A DNA stretch of 64,000 bases from a bacterium (GCA_031441465.1 JANOEP010000061.1:1-64000), one strand, 5' to 3'. Counted from the stretch's first letter, positions 41,247-51,293 are shown. The notes: generated by a model from the letters alone, not told the origin. Program-made: numbers and translations.

Positions 41247-42182
41247 ATGACCGCCTTGCCGCTGCAGCGCTGGATCGGACTGAGCCTCGAGCTGGGCAAA
41301 GCCCGCCTCGGCCTGCTGGTGCTGATGTCCACGCTGGCCGGTTACCTGATGGCGGCGCGACCGCTGCCCGGCTGGGGCCACCTGGCCGTCACGCTGCTGG
41401 GCACCATGCTGTGCATCCTGGGCGCCAACGGTTTCAATCAGGTGCTCGAACGCGACCGCGACGCCCTGATGGTGCGCACCCAGGGCCGCCCCCTGCCCTC
41501 GGGCCGGATCGGCGTCCGTGCGGCGGCGGTCTGGTCGGGCGCGGTCGTGCTGCTGGGCTTCGGCTTGTTGCTGGCGCTGGCCAACACCGTGGCCGCGGTC
41601 CTGGCGCTCGGCACGGTCCTGCTGTACGTGCTGGTCTACACGCCGCTGAAGCCGCGCAGTAATCTGAACACGCTGGTCGGCGCGGTTTGCGGCGCGATCC
41701 CGCCGCTGATCGGTTGGAGTGCGGTGACCGGCGGCGTCCAGGGCGGCGGCTGGTGGCTGGCCCTGCTGCTGTTCGTGTGGCAGGTGCCGCACTTCCTGGC
41801 GCTGGCCTGGCTCTATCGGGACGACTACCGGCGCGCGGGCTTCCGCATGCTGTCGCTGCAGGACCCGCGCGGCGACCGCACGTTCCGCCTCTTGATGCTC
41901 TACGCCTGGGTGCTGCTGCCTCTGGGCCTGGTCGCCACCTTCACGGGCCTGACCGGGGCCGTGTTCGCCGTGGGCTCGTTGCTGCTCGGCGGCGCCTGGC
42001 TCTGGCTGGGCGTGCGCTGCTATCGCGACCGCAGCCGCCTCAACGCGCGCCGTGTGTTCCTGGGCAGCGTGGTCTACCTGCCGCTGGTGCTCGGCCTGAT
42101 GGTGGCCGACCGCGCGCCGCCCCGACCGGATCGCACTACCGCCGCTGTGGTCGTCGTCGAGACTCCGCCCGGGAGCGCGTGA
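41247..42182 (+). CDS. ctaB: Heme O synthase (protoheme IX farnesyltransferase)
   Basis: NQVLERDRDALMVRT..RPLPSG, YTPLK, GAIPPLIGW, WQVPHFLAL, DY..AG. Confidence 0.92.
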   Translation: MTALPLQRWIGLSLELGKARLGLLVLMSTLAGYLMAARPLPGWGHLAVTLLGTMLCILGANGFNQVLERDRDALMVRTQGRPLPSGRIGVRAAAVWSGAVVLLGFGLLLALANTVAAVLALGTVLLYVLVYTPLKPRSNLNTLVGAVCGAIPPLIGWSAVTGGVQGGGWWLALLLFVWQVPHFLALAWLYRDDYRRAGFRMLSLQDPRGDRTFRLLMLYAWVLLPLGLVATFTGLTGAVFAVGSLLLGGAWLWLGVRCYRDRSRLNARRVFLGSVVYLPLVLGLMVADRAPPRPDRTTAAVVVVETPPGSA

Positions 42183-43228
42183 TGGCCGTCCGCGGCGAAT
42201 GGCGGCGCGGCGGCTGGGTTCTGGCTGCGGCGCTGCTGATCGTGATCGCGGTCATCGTCTGGAAGGTAGGCGCGGACCTGCGTTCCGGCGGCAGCCGGCA
42301 CGCGGTGGGCGACGGCCGCCACCCCCGAACCTACGGCTTCGACCTGGACAACTTCGCCTACCCCGAATCCCTGCTCGCGGCCGGCGGCGTCCCGCGCGAC
42401 GGTCTGCCGACGCTCGACCACCCGCCGCTGCTGACCCCCGCCGGCGTCGATTCGCTCAACGACGCGGAGCGCGGCAAGTACCTCGTCGGCGCCGACCGCG
42501 TGCTGGGCGTGGTCGTGCGGGGCGAAGCCCGCTGCTGGCCCCTGCGCGTGCTGGACTGGCACGAGGTCTGCCTCGACACCCTGGGCGGCGCTCCGTTGGT
42601 CGCCACCTGGAGCCCGCTGTCCGGCAGCGCCGCGGTCTACGGGCGCGCGGTCGGCGGGGACACACTGCGCTTCGGCGTGAGCGGGCTGCTGCTGAACTCC
42701 AACACGCTGCTGTTCGACCGCGCGGTGTCGCCGAGCCTGTGGTGCCAGCTGACCGGCGAGGCCGTCGGCGGCCCCCGGCGCGGTGCGCGGCTGCCCCGGC
42801 TGCCCGCGGTCGTGACGACCTGGGAGCATTGGCGCCGCGATCATCCCGGCACGACCGTGCCGGCGCCTGCGCCGACCTTCAAGCGGCGCTACCAGTCCCG
42901 GCCCTACCAGTCGTACCGATCCGGGGGACGGACCCGCTTCCCCTCGGCGCCGCTGCCCGCGACCGGCCGGCTCGACCCGCTGCTGATCGTCGAGACGCCG
43001 GCCGGCCGCCACGTCCTGGATGCCGTGCGCCTGGTGAGCGACGCCGGTCCCGCCGGTGTCTGGACCGGCGTCCTGGACGGGATCGCGGTGCGGTTGCGCG
43101 TTGCGCCGCAGGCGCCCGGCGAGCAGCCGGCTGTGTGGTCTGAACTGGTCACGGGCGCTGGGTTCACCTTATACTATGCCGATCGCTTCGCTTGGCACGC
43201 TTTCCACCCCGAGGACCGGTTGCCATGA
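42182..43228 (+). CDS. DUF3179 family protein
   Basis: GGVPRDGLP, HEV..D, FGVSGLL.NSN.LLFDR, SLW.Q..GEA, TTW..W...HP, FAW.AFHP. Confidence 0.85.
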   Translation: MAVRGEWRRGGWVLAAALLIVIAVIVWKVGADLRSGGSRHAVGDGRHPRTYGFDLDNFAYPESLLAAGGVPRDGLPTLDHPPLLTPAGVDSLNDAERGKYLVGADRVLGVVVRGEARCWPLRVLDWHEVCLDTLGGAPLVATWSPLSGSAAVYGRAVGGDTLRFGVSGLLLNSNTLLFDRAVSPSLWCQLTGEAVGGPRRGARLPRLPAVVTTWEHWRRDHPGTTVPAPAPTFKRRYQSRPYQSYRSGGRTRFPSAPLPATGRLDPLLIVETPAGRHVLDAVRLVSDAGPAGVWTGVLDGIAVRLRVAPQAPGEQPAVWSELVTGAGFTLYYADRFAWHAFHPEDRLP

Positions 43229-44586
43229 GACACGCCTCGACGTTCGCGCTGCTGTTGACGGTGTCCTTGCTGGCCGCGGGCTGCGGCGGCGGCGATCCCG
43301 ACCCGTCGCCCACCGGCGTCGTGAAGGTGTTCACCTTGCCCGCCACCCTCGACGCGGGCTGGACGCTGTCCGGTCCCGCAGGGGCGGTCATCGACGGCAC
43401 GGACGACGCGCGCCACCCCGGCCGCGCCGCCGGGTCGTGGACGATCGTCTGGGACGAGGTCGTGGACTGGGCGCGGCCGCTCTCGCAGACCCGCACGCTG
43501 GCCGACGGGGACTCCATCACCTTCACGGGCCAGTACGTGTACGACCCGCCGCCGACGACCGGCACCCTGACGATCGACATCGAGCCCAATGACCTGCAGG
43601 CCCGCTGGGTGCTGAAGCGTCTGCCCGGCGGCGACGACGACCTCACCGGCACCGGCGACGCCGTCCTGGACGACCTGCCGCCCGGCCCCTTCACCGTGGC
43701 CTGGCAGCAGGAGCCGGGCTGGACCGTGCCGGCGCCGGGCTGGGTCGACGGCCTGATCACCGCGGGCGAGACGTCGGCCGCGGCCGTGACCTACACGGTG
43801 CTGCCGACCTGGCCGTTCACCACCGTGCGCCTGGAAGCGGGCGTCTTCACGATGGGTTCTCCCGCGCCGGAACTCGGCCGCGAGACGGACGAGGGCCCGC
43901 GGCACGAGGTGACCCTCACGCGCCCCTTGCTGGTCGCGACCACCGAACTCACCAACGGGCAATGGGACGCGGTCGTGCGCGACGGCCGGCTGGTGGACCC
44001 CACCCTCTCCAACCAGCCCGTCGCCTCGGTCACCTGGTACGAAGCGGTGGATTTCTGCAACGCGCTGTCCGCCACCGACGGGCTCACGGCCGCCTACGCC
44101 GTCAACGGTCCGCAGGTGGCCTGGAATCCGGACGCCGACGGTTGGCGGCTGCCGACCGAGGCCGAGTGGGAGGCCCTGTGCCGGGCCGGTTCGCAGGGAT
44201 CGCTGAGCGACGGCGAACTGTCGCGTCTCGACACGGAGATCGATCCCGTGCTGTCGTTCTTCGGCTGGTCGGCGGCCAACTCCGACAACCGCGTGAAACC
44301 GGTGCGGGCCCGGCTGCCCAATCCCCTGGGACTGTACGACGTCCACGGCAACGTGCTGGAGTGGTGCTGGGACCGTTACGGCGCCACCTACTACACGAGC
44401 GACCCCGCGACCGACCCGGCCGGGCCGCTGACGGGGAGCAACCGGGTGCTGCGCGGCGGTTCCTTCGCCGATGCGAACCAGCGGCTGCGCTGTGCGGCTC
44501 GCGCCTACCTCGATCCCGGCGCCGCCGTGGGGATCGTGGGCTTCCGCCCCGTGCGCAACGCGCCGGCGCTCAAGGCCGGGCGGTAA
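43225..44586 (+). CDS. Lipoprotein with formylglycine-generating enzyme (SUMF1)-like domain
   Basis: Lipobox LAAG-C; FTMGSP, DEGPRH, RLPTEAEWE, PN.LGLYD.HGNV.EW, RVLRGGS, GFR. Confidence 0.88.
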   Translation: MRHASTFALLLTVSLLAAGCGGGDPDPSPTGVVKVFTLPATLDAGWTLSGPAGAVIDGTDDARHPGRAAGSWTIVWDEVVDWARPLSQTRTLADGDSITFTGQYVYDPPPTTGTLTIDIEPNDLQARWVLKRLPGGDDDLTGTGDAVLDDLPPGPFTVAWQQEPGWTVPAPGWVDGLITAGETSAAAVTYTVLPTWPFTTVRLEAGVFTMGSPAPELGRETDEGPRHEVTLTRPLLVATTELTNGQWDAVVRDGRLVDPTLSNQPVASVTWYEAVDFCNALSATDGLTAAYAVNGPQVAWNPDADGWRLPTEAEWEALCRAGSQGSLSDGELSRLDTEIDPVLSFFGWSAANSDNRVKPVRARLPNPLGLYDVHGNVLEWCWDRYGATYYTSDPATDPAGPLTGSNRVLRGGSFADANQRLRCAARAYLDPGAAVGIVGFRPVRNAPALKAGR

Positions 44587-44645
44587 ATGCCGATTTTGCA
44601 GATGGTGCGGTAACGCTTATCTTGCCGCGACCGGGAGGCGCACGT

Positions 44646-44978
44646 TTGAATCGACGCTGGATCGCCATGATCGCACTGGTTTGCTTGGCCGCGGGGTTCG
44701 TCCCGGCCCAGGTCGCTGCGGTCTGCGCCTCCGCGCCGGTGCACGACGACGTTTGCCACACCGAGAGCATCCCTTGCGCCGACCCCGACCAGGACGGCAA
44801 CCCCTGCGGTTCGGACTGCCCCTGCGCCTGCTGCCCTGGCCATGGCGCCGTGCCGATGTTCATGGTCGAGTGCCTCACCCATGAGGTTCGGCCTGCCTCC
44901 ATCCGGATCGGCCTGCGCCCCGACGCCCCCGCCCCCCGCGACACCCAGCACGGCATCTTCCACCCTCCTCGCGCCTGA
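44646..44978 (+). CDS. Cys/His-rich small secreted leader protein (CzcI/DUF2946-like)
   Basis: GGGAGG RBS and TTG start; signal peptide; CGSDCPCACCPGH; C-terminal IFHPPRA; directly upstream of czcCBA. Confidence 0.7.
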   Translation: MNRRWIAMIALVCLAAGFVPAQVAAVCASAPVHDDVCHTESIPCADPDQDGNPCGSDCPCACCPGHGAVPMFMVECLTHEVRPASIRIGLRPDAPAPRDTQHGIFHPPRA

Positions 44979-45099
44979 TCAGCCCCGAATCGTCGATATC
45001 GTCGTCCGCTCGCCCACGCGAGCGGCGGGCTCAAGCGTCACGGAACGTACCGCGGGATCGCTCCCGGCTGGGTCGTTCCCCACAGGCAGGTGTGTCGAG

Positions 45100-46338
45100 A
45101 TGCTGATCAACAAGAAACACGTCCTCGCTGCAGGCTTCGTCCTGCTGATCGCGAACGCCGCGGTTGCGGAGCCGGCGGTGATCGAGATCACCTGGTCCGA
45201 GATCACCGGCCTGGTCGACGCGCATCCCCTGCTCGCGGCGGGGGAGTACGGAGTCGAAGCGGCGCAGGGTGCGGTCGCCGCCGCCGGCGCGCGGCCCAAT
45301 CCGGTCCTGGAGGCGGCCTTGGGCCGGGGCCGTGAGCGCCCGGGCGAGGAGTTCGGCCGTCAGTGGGACCTGTCGCTCACGCTGCCCCTGGACTGGCTGT
45401 CTCGGCGCTCGCCGCAGGTGACCGCGGCGAAGGCGGGCCTCGACGCCGCCGCGGCCGAGCGCGAGGCGATCCGGCGCGAGGCCCTGCTGGAACTGCGCAC
45501 GCAGTTCTGGCGACTCGTCCACGACCAGGAGCAGGTCGTGGTGGTCGAGGGACTGGCGCGGGAGACGTCGAACTTGGCGACGGCCGTGGGCAGGCGCGTG
45601 CAGGCGGGCGAGGCGCGGCCCGTCGAACAGACGCAAGTCGAGATCGAACGGGAACTGATCGACGGCGAGCTGGCGGCGGCGCGGTCTTCGCTGGCTTCGC
45701 TCCAGGCGCAGCTCGCGCTCTGGCTCGGTGCTCCCGAGGGCGGGCGGATCGTCGCCGTCGCCGATCTGAATGTGTTGCCCGCCCTGCCGGGTCCCGTGGC
45801 CGAGCTTGGTGCGACCGCGGCCGATCAGCCCGCGCTGCGGGCCGAAGCGGCCCGGGTGCGCGTGCTCGCCGCCGATCTCTCGGCCGAGAAGCGCCAGCGT
45901 CTGCCGGCCTTCTCACTGATGGCCTTCACCACCAAGGAACAGGAGCGGCGAGCCCACGGCGCCGGGATCGCCGTCGATCTGCCCCTGTGGAACTGGAACT
46001 CCGGCGGTATCGCGGTGGCGCAGGCGCAGCTCGCCGCCGGCCGTAGCCGGGAGGAAGCCCGGCGCCGGTCGTTCGCGGCGGAGATCGTCGAAGCCGTCGC
46101 CGCCTGCCGCATCTCGATCGAGTCCGCGTCGCGGTTCGCCGCCGGCGTCGTCCCGCGGTCCGCGTCGGCCGCTTCCGTCATCGAAAAGACCTACCTGCTG
46201 GGCGAAACCAGCCTGCTGGAAGTGATCGACGCGCGGCGCACGCTGCTCGCGTCGCGCCGCCAGCTCCTGGATGCGCTCGCCCAGGCCCAGATCGACCACT
46301 GCCGCCTCCGGGCGCTGATCGGGGAGGAACTCCCGTGA
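45100..46338 (+). CDS. czcC: TolC/CzcC-type outer-membrane efflux protein
   Basis: Signal peptide; PNP.L, LPLWNWN, YLLGETSLLEVIDARR; first gene of the RND triad. Confidence 0.82.
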   Translation: MLINKKHVLAAGFVLLIANAAVAEPAVIEITWSEITGLVDAHPLLAAGEYGVEAAQGAVAAAGARPNPVLEAALGRGRERPGEEFGRQWDLSLTLPLDWLSRRSPQVTAAKAGLDAAAAEREAIRREALLELRTQFWRLVHDQEQVVVVEGLARETSNLATAVGRRVQAGEARPVEQTQVEIERELIDGELAAARSSLASLQAQLALWLGAPEGGRIVAVADLNVLPALPGPVAELGATAADQPALRAEAARVRVLAADLSAEKRQRLPAFSLMAFTTKEQERRAHGAGIAVDLPLWNWNSGGIAVAQAQLAAGRSREEARRRSFAAEIVEAVAACRISIESASRFAAGVVPRSASAASVIEKTYLLGETSLLEVIDARRTLLASRRQLLDALAQAQIDHCRLRALIGEELP

Positions 46339-47651
46339 ACATCCGCAACCTAGCGATCATTGTCGTCTTGGGGCTTCTGCCGGCCGCCGCGCTCGTGTCC
46401 TGCGACCGGTCTTCCCCGCCGCCGCCGGCCACGGCGGAATCCCCGGACCACGACCACGAAGCCGCGGAGGCGGAATCGGAGGCCTCCGACCTCGACCGCC
46501 CGGTCGAGGATCTGTTCGCCGCCGACTGCGAACACCAGGTCAAGACGTTCGCCTGCGATGAGTGCCGCTACGAAGTCGGCGTCGTGCGCGTGCCGGCGAG
46601 CCTGGTCGAGGGCAAGCTGGTCGAGACCGCACAGGTCGAGCGGCGCGCCGTGGATGTCGCGGTCCCGCTGACCGGCGAGGTCCGCTTCGACGAGCGGCGC
46701 GTGGGGCACGTCAGCCCGCTCGTAGAAGGCGTCGTGTCGGCGGTCCATGTCAAGCTCGGCGACCGGGTCCGGCGCGGGCAGGCGCTCGTCGAACTCGAGT
46801 GCACGGCGGTCGGGCAGGCGCAGGCCGAGTACCTCGCGGCGCAGGGGATGCTCGACCTCTCCCGTCGCAACCTGGAACGGGTCTCCGACCTGAGACGGGA
46901 AGCCATCGCCTCGGAGAAGGAATTCCTGCTGGCGCAGCAGGAAGCCGGAGCCGCGCAGATCCGCGCCGACGGGGCCCGCGGCCAGCTCGCGCGCTTCGGC
47001 ATGTCGGAGGCGGCGGTGAGCGCCCTCGCCAGCGGCGACGGCCTGGGTCGGCTGACCCTGCGCGCCCCGTTGGACGGCGCGGTGCTGGCCATGCACGCCG
47101 TGCCCGGGGAAGTGGCCGGGACCGACGCGTCCCTGTTCACGGTCGGCGACCACGCCGTCGTCTGGGTGTGGGCGGACCTCTACGAAGGCGACATCGCGGG
47201 CGTCTCCCGCGCGCAGGCGACGCAGAAGCTGGCGGCGGCGGTCTCGGTCAAGGCCTATCCGGGCGAATCGTTCGCCGGGACCGTGGACCTCGTCAGCCCG
47301 TCCATGGACGAGTCCTCGCGCACGGTGAAGGTGCGCGTGGAGGTGCCGAACCCGGACGGCCGTCTGCTGGCGGGCATGTTCGCCGACGTGGCGCTGCAGC
47401 TGCCTGGGGGCGAGGCGGTCCTGGCCGTGCCGCCGGCGGCCGTCCTCGACGACGAGGGCCGGGAGTTCGTGTTCGTCCACCATCACGACGACTACTTCGT
47501 GCGCCGGCCGGTGAAGACCGGCCGCGCGGCCGCGGGTTGGGTCGAGGTCCTGTCCGGGCTCGCGGCGGGGCAGACCGTGATGACCGAGGGCGCCTTCCTG
47601 CTGAAATCCGACGTGCTGCGCGCCAAGATGGGCGCCGGCTGCGCTGACTAA
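46335..47651 (+). CDS. czcB: RND periplasmic adaptor (CzcB/CusB-like)
   Basis: Lipobox; G.V....VKLGDRV..GQ, LRAPLDG, RTVKVRV...NPDGRL.AGMF, GAF.LKS. Confidence 0.88.
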   Translation: MNIRNLAIIVVLGLLPAAALVSCDRSSPPPPATAESPDHDHEAAEAESEASDLDRPVEDLFAADCEHQVKTFACDECRYEVGVVRVPASLVEGKLVETAQVERRAVDVAVPLTGEVRFDERRVGHVSPLVEGVVSAVHVKLGDRVRRGQALVELECTAVGQAQAEYLAAQGMLDLSRRNLERVSDLRREAIASEKEFLLAQQEAGAAQIRADGARGQLARFGMSEAAVSALASGDGLGRLTLRAPLDGAVLAMHAVPGEVAGTDASLFTVGDHAVVWVWADLYEGDIAGVSRAQATQKLAAAVSVKAYPGESFAGTVDLVSPSMDESSRTVKVRVEVPNPDGRLLAGMFADVALQLPGGEAVLAVPPAAVLDDEGREFVFVHHHDDYFVRRPVKTGRAAAGWVEVLSGLAAGQTVMTEGAFLLKSDVLRAKMGAGCAD

Positions 47652-47665
47652 CAACGGGAGCGATC

Positions 47666-50600
47666 ATGCGTACCGTGACCTTGCTGCTGAACAACCGTCT
47701 CCTGGTGCTGCTGGCGACGGCGGTGCTGGTCGCCGCCGGCGTGGTCGCCTGGCTGCACCTGCCCATCGACGCCTTTCCGGACGTGACCAACACGCAGGTG
47801 GTGATCATCTCCCAGGCCCCGGGTTTCGCCGCGGTCGACGTGGAACAGCGGGTCAGCTACCCGATCGAACAGGTCATGCGCGGCCTGCCGCGCGTGCAGC
47901 AGGTGCGCTCCCTGTCGCGGGCCGGCCTGTCGCAGGTGGTGATCGTGTTCGAGGACGGGGCCGACACCTACTGGACGCGGCAGGTGGTGTTCGAGCGCCT
48001 GGACGCGGCCCGCGAGCAGCTGCCGCCCGGCGTCGAGCCCGAGCTGGGCCCCATCTCGACCGGCCTGGGCGAGATCTACCAGTACACGCTCGAAGGCGAC
48101 GACGAGACCGCGATGGAGCTGCGGTCGATCCAGGACTGGCTCGTCGCCCCCTGGCTGAAGCCGATCCCCGGCGTGAACGAGGTCAACAGCTTCGGCGGCG
48201 AGGTGAAGCAGTACCAGGTCCTGGTCTCGCCCGAGATGCTGCTGAAGTACGGCCTGACCGTGAACGACGTCGTCGACGCCGTCGAGCAGGGCAACGCCAA
48301 CTCCGGCGGCGGCGTGGTCGTGCGCGGCTGGGAGCAGATGTACCTGCGCGGCGTGGGGCTGCTGCGCGACATCCCGGATCTCGAGAACATCGTGCTGAAG
48401 GCCGCGGACGGGGCGCCCGTCTACCTGCGGGACGTCGCGGGGGTGGTCATCGGCGCCGAGCCCCGGCAGGGCGCCGTCTCCCGCGACGGCAAGGGCGAGG
48501 TCGTGGCCGGCATGATCATCATGCTCAAAGGCGAGAACGCCAAGGAGGTGGTCGGCCGGGTCCAAAACGCGGTCGCGAAGCTCCAGGGGGCGCTGCCCGA
48601 GGGCGTCCGCCTCAACGTTTTCTACGACCGCACCTCGCTGATCGAGGCCTGCATCCACACCGTGATCAAGGCGCTGCTCGAGGGCGGGATCTTCGTCATC
48701 CTGGTGCTGTTCCTGTTCGTCGCCGAGCTGCGCTCCGCGCTGATCGTCGTGGTCTCCCTGCCGCTCACCTTCCTGGTGACCTTCATCCTCATGGGCTCCG
48801 CGGGGATCACCTCCAACCTCATGAGCCTCGGCGGCCTGGCGTTCTCCGTGGGCATGGTCGTGGACGCGTCCATCGTGGTGGTGGAGAATTCCCGCCGCCA
48901 CCTCGCGCACCTGACCGATTCCGCCTCGAGGAGGCGGGTCGTCGCCGAGGCCGTCGTCGAGGTGGCGAAGCCCGTCGCCTTCTCGGTGCTGATCATCGCG
49001 GTCATCCTGGTGCCGCTGTTCACGCTGCAGGGGATCGAGGGCAAGATGTTCGCCCCGCTGGCCGGGACGATGCTCATCGCCCTGCTGGTCTCGCTCGTGG
49101 TGGCGTTCACGATCATCCCGGTCCTCGGCGAGCGCTTCCTGGGTCAGGGCCCCGAGCGGGAGTTCGGCTTCATCCGCCGCTTCCACCGCGGCTACGTGCG
49201 CCTGCTCAGCCGCGCCGTGCGGCGTCCCGCGCTGACGCTCGGGATCTCGGGCGGTGTGCTCGTCGCCTCGCTGGCGCTCATCCCGCTCATGGGCACCGAG
49301 TTCATGCCGCCGCTGGACGAGGGGGCGCTCGCCGTGAACGTGGTGCGGCTGCCCAACGCTTCGCTGGACGGCTCGGTGCGCGTCTCCAGCTTCATCGAGC
49401 AGCGCCTGCGGAAGTTCCCCGAGGTCGAGACCGTGGTCAGCAAGACGGGCCGTGCCGAGATTTCGGAGGACCCGATGGGGCCGGAGCAGACCGACGTCTT
49501 CATCATGCTCAAGCCGCGCAAGGAGTGGGACGCCGGGCGCGACAAGGACGAACTCGTGGACGCCATCCAGAAGGACCTCTCCGAGATCCCGGGGTTGCGC
49601 TTCTCGTTTTCGCAGCCGATCGCGCTGCGGGTGAACGAACTCATCTCCGGCGTGAAGAGCGACCTCGCGATCAAGGTCTTCGGCCCCGACCTCGAGGTGC
49701 TGAAGTCGTTCGCGGACCGCGCGGCCGCCGTGCTGCAGGGGATCGAGGGGGCGAGGGACGTGAAGGTGGAGCAGGTGTCCGGCATGTCGCAGATCGACGT
49801 GGTGATCGACCGCCAGGCCGTGGCGAGGCACGGCATCAAGATCGCCGACGTCAACGCCGCCATCGAGACGGCGGTCGCCGGGAAGTTGGCCACGACCCTG
49901 ATCGAGGGGCAGCGGCGCATCGCCGTGGTCGTGCGGTTCCCGGAGGCGGCGCGCGGCAGCATCCCGGTGCTCGAGCGCCTGCTGATCACAGCCCCGGGCG
50001 GGGAGCGGGTGCCGCTGGCGCAGATCGCGGCCTTCGAGGTGGTCGAGGCGCCGGCGCAGGTGAGCCGTGAGAACGGCATGCGGCGCGTCGTGGCCGAAGC
50101 CAACATCCGCGGCCGCGACCTCGGCGGTTTCGTGGGTGAGGTCCAGACGCGCCTCGCGCCGCTGGTGGAGGAACTCCCGATCGGCTACTACGTCGAGTAC
50201 GGCGGTCAGTTCGAGAACCAGCAGCGGGCCATGCGCCAGCTCTCCATCGTGGTGCCGGTGGCGCTCCTGCTCATCATGGTCCTGCTCACCATGGCGCTCG
50301 GCTCGATCTGGAACGCCCTGCTGGTGCTGCTCAACCTCCCGTTCGCACTCATCGGGGGTGTGATCGCCGTCGTGGTCTTCCGGATGCCCGTATCGGTGTC
50401 CGCGGCGGTGGCCTTCATCGTCCTGCTCGGCATCGCCGTGCAGAACGGCGTCGTGCTTGTGGCGTTCTTCCGCCAGCTCCGGGAGCGGGGCGAGTCGGTG
50501 GCCGACACGGTGATCAAGGGCTGCGACCTGCGCTTCCGGCCGCTGCTGATGACCGCGCTCGCGAGCTTCATCGGGCACCTGCCCATGCTCTACGCCACCG

Positions 50601-50737
50601 GATCGGGCGCGGACATCCAGAAGCCGCTCGCGGTGGTGGTGATGGGCGGGCTCGTCACTTCGACCCTGCTCACGCTGATCGTGCTGCCCACCCTCTACGC
50701 GCTGGTGGAAGGACGGCGCGCCGGTCACTCGAAGTGA
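47666..50737 (+). CDS. czcA: Heavy-metal RND efflux permease (CzcA/CusA family)
   Basis: LPIDAFPDVTN.QV, GPISTGLGEIYQY, NLMSLGG, VDASIVVVEN, RFRPLLMTA, QKPLA.VV.GG. Confidence 0.93.
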   Translation: MRTVTLLLNNRLLVLLATAVLVAAGVVAWLHLPIDAFPDVTNTQVVIISQAPGFAAVDVEQRVSYPIEQVMRGLPRVQQVRSLSRAGLSQVVIVFEDGADTYWTRQVVFERLDAAREQLPPGVEPELGPISTGLGEIYQYTLEGDDETAMELRSIQDWLVAPWLKPIPGVNEVNSFGGEVKQYQVLVSPEMLLKYGLTVNDVVDAVEQGNANSGGGVVVRGWEQMYLRGVGLLRDIPDLENIVLKAADGAPVYLRDVAGVVIGAEPRQGAVSRDGKGEVVAGMIIMLKGENAKEVVGRVQNAVAKLQGALPEGVRLNVFYDRTSLIEACIHTVIKALLEGGIFVILVLFLFVAELRSALIVVVSLPLTFLVTFILMGSAGITSNLMSLGGLAFSVGMVVDASIVVVENSRRHLAHLTDSASRRRVVAEAVVEVAKPVAFSVLIIAVILVPLFTLQGIEGKMFAPLAGTMLIALLVSLVVAFTIIPVLGERFLGQGPEREFGFIRRFHRGYVRLLSRAVRRPALTLGISGGVLVASLALIPLMGTEFMPPLDEGALAVNVVRLPNASLDGSVRVSSFIEQRLRKFPEVETVVSKTGRAEISEDPMGPEQTDVFIMLKPRKEWDAGRDKDELVDAIQKDLSEIPGLRFSFSQPIALRVNELISGVKSDLAIKVFGPDLEVLKSFADRAAAVLQGIEGARDVKVEQVSGMSQIDVVIDRQAVARHGIKIADVNAAIETAVAGKLATTLIEGQRRIAVVVRFPEAARGSIPVLERLLITAPGGERVPLAQIAAFEVVEAPAQVSRENGMRRVVAEANIRGRDLGGFVGEVQTRLAPLVEELPIGYYVEYGGQFENQQRAMRQLSIVVPVALLLIMVLLTMALGSIWNALLVLLNLPFALIGGVIAVVVFRMPVSVSAAVAFIVLLGIAVQNGVVLVAFFRQLRERGESVADTVIKGCDLRFRPLLMTALASFIGHLPMLYATGSGADIQKPLAVVVMGGLVTSTLLTLIVLPTLYALVEGRRAGHSK

Positions 50738-50780
50738 CCGGCGCGCTTATCCCGCCAAGGCGGGGCGGACCTGCCGCGGT

Positions 50781-51293
50781 CTAGGCTGCGGCCGGAGGCG
50801 TGGGCGCGGGGCGGACGGCCAGTTCGCGGTCCAGCATGAACATGCCCGGTCCGGTGCCGCCCATCATCGCCAGCTTGCCGAGGATGGCTTCGACGGCCGC
50901 TTCCTCCTCGACCTGCTCGCTGACGAACCACTGCAGCGTGATGTTGGTGGCGTAGTCGTTCTCCTTCATGGCCAGGCCCGCGAGGTTGTTGATGTTTTCG
51001 GTCATGTGACGCTCGTGGTCCAGCGCCGCCTGGAACATCGCGACGGGGTCGGCCCAATCCGTCACGGGCTGGGGCACGGCGCTCAGCAGGGCGTGCCCGC
51101 CGGTGGCGTGGGCGTAGTCGAAGAACTTCATCGCGTGCTGCAGTTCTTCCTGCGCCTGCATGCGCATCCAGTGCGCGAAGCCCTCGTAGTTGCGGGCCTG
51201 GGACCAGGCGGACATCGCCAGGTACAGGTAGGCGGAATAGAATTCGGCCTGGATCTGCTCGTTCAGGGCCTTCTGGATCTTCTCCTTCAGCAC
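50781..51293 (-). CDS. ftnA: Non-heme ferritin
   Basis: LNEQI.AEFYSAYLY, QAQEELQHAMK, HE, LQWFVSEQVEEE ferroxidase residues. Confidence 0.92.
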   Translation of the reverse strand: MLKEKIQKALNEQIQAEFYSAYLYLAMSAWSQARNYEGFAHWMRMQAQEELQHAMKFFDYAHATGGHALLSAVPQPVTDWADPVAMFQAALDHERHMTENINNLAGLAMKENDYATNITLQWFVSEQVEEEAAVEAILGKLAMMGGTGPGMFMLDRELAVRPAPTPPAAA

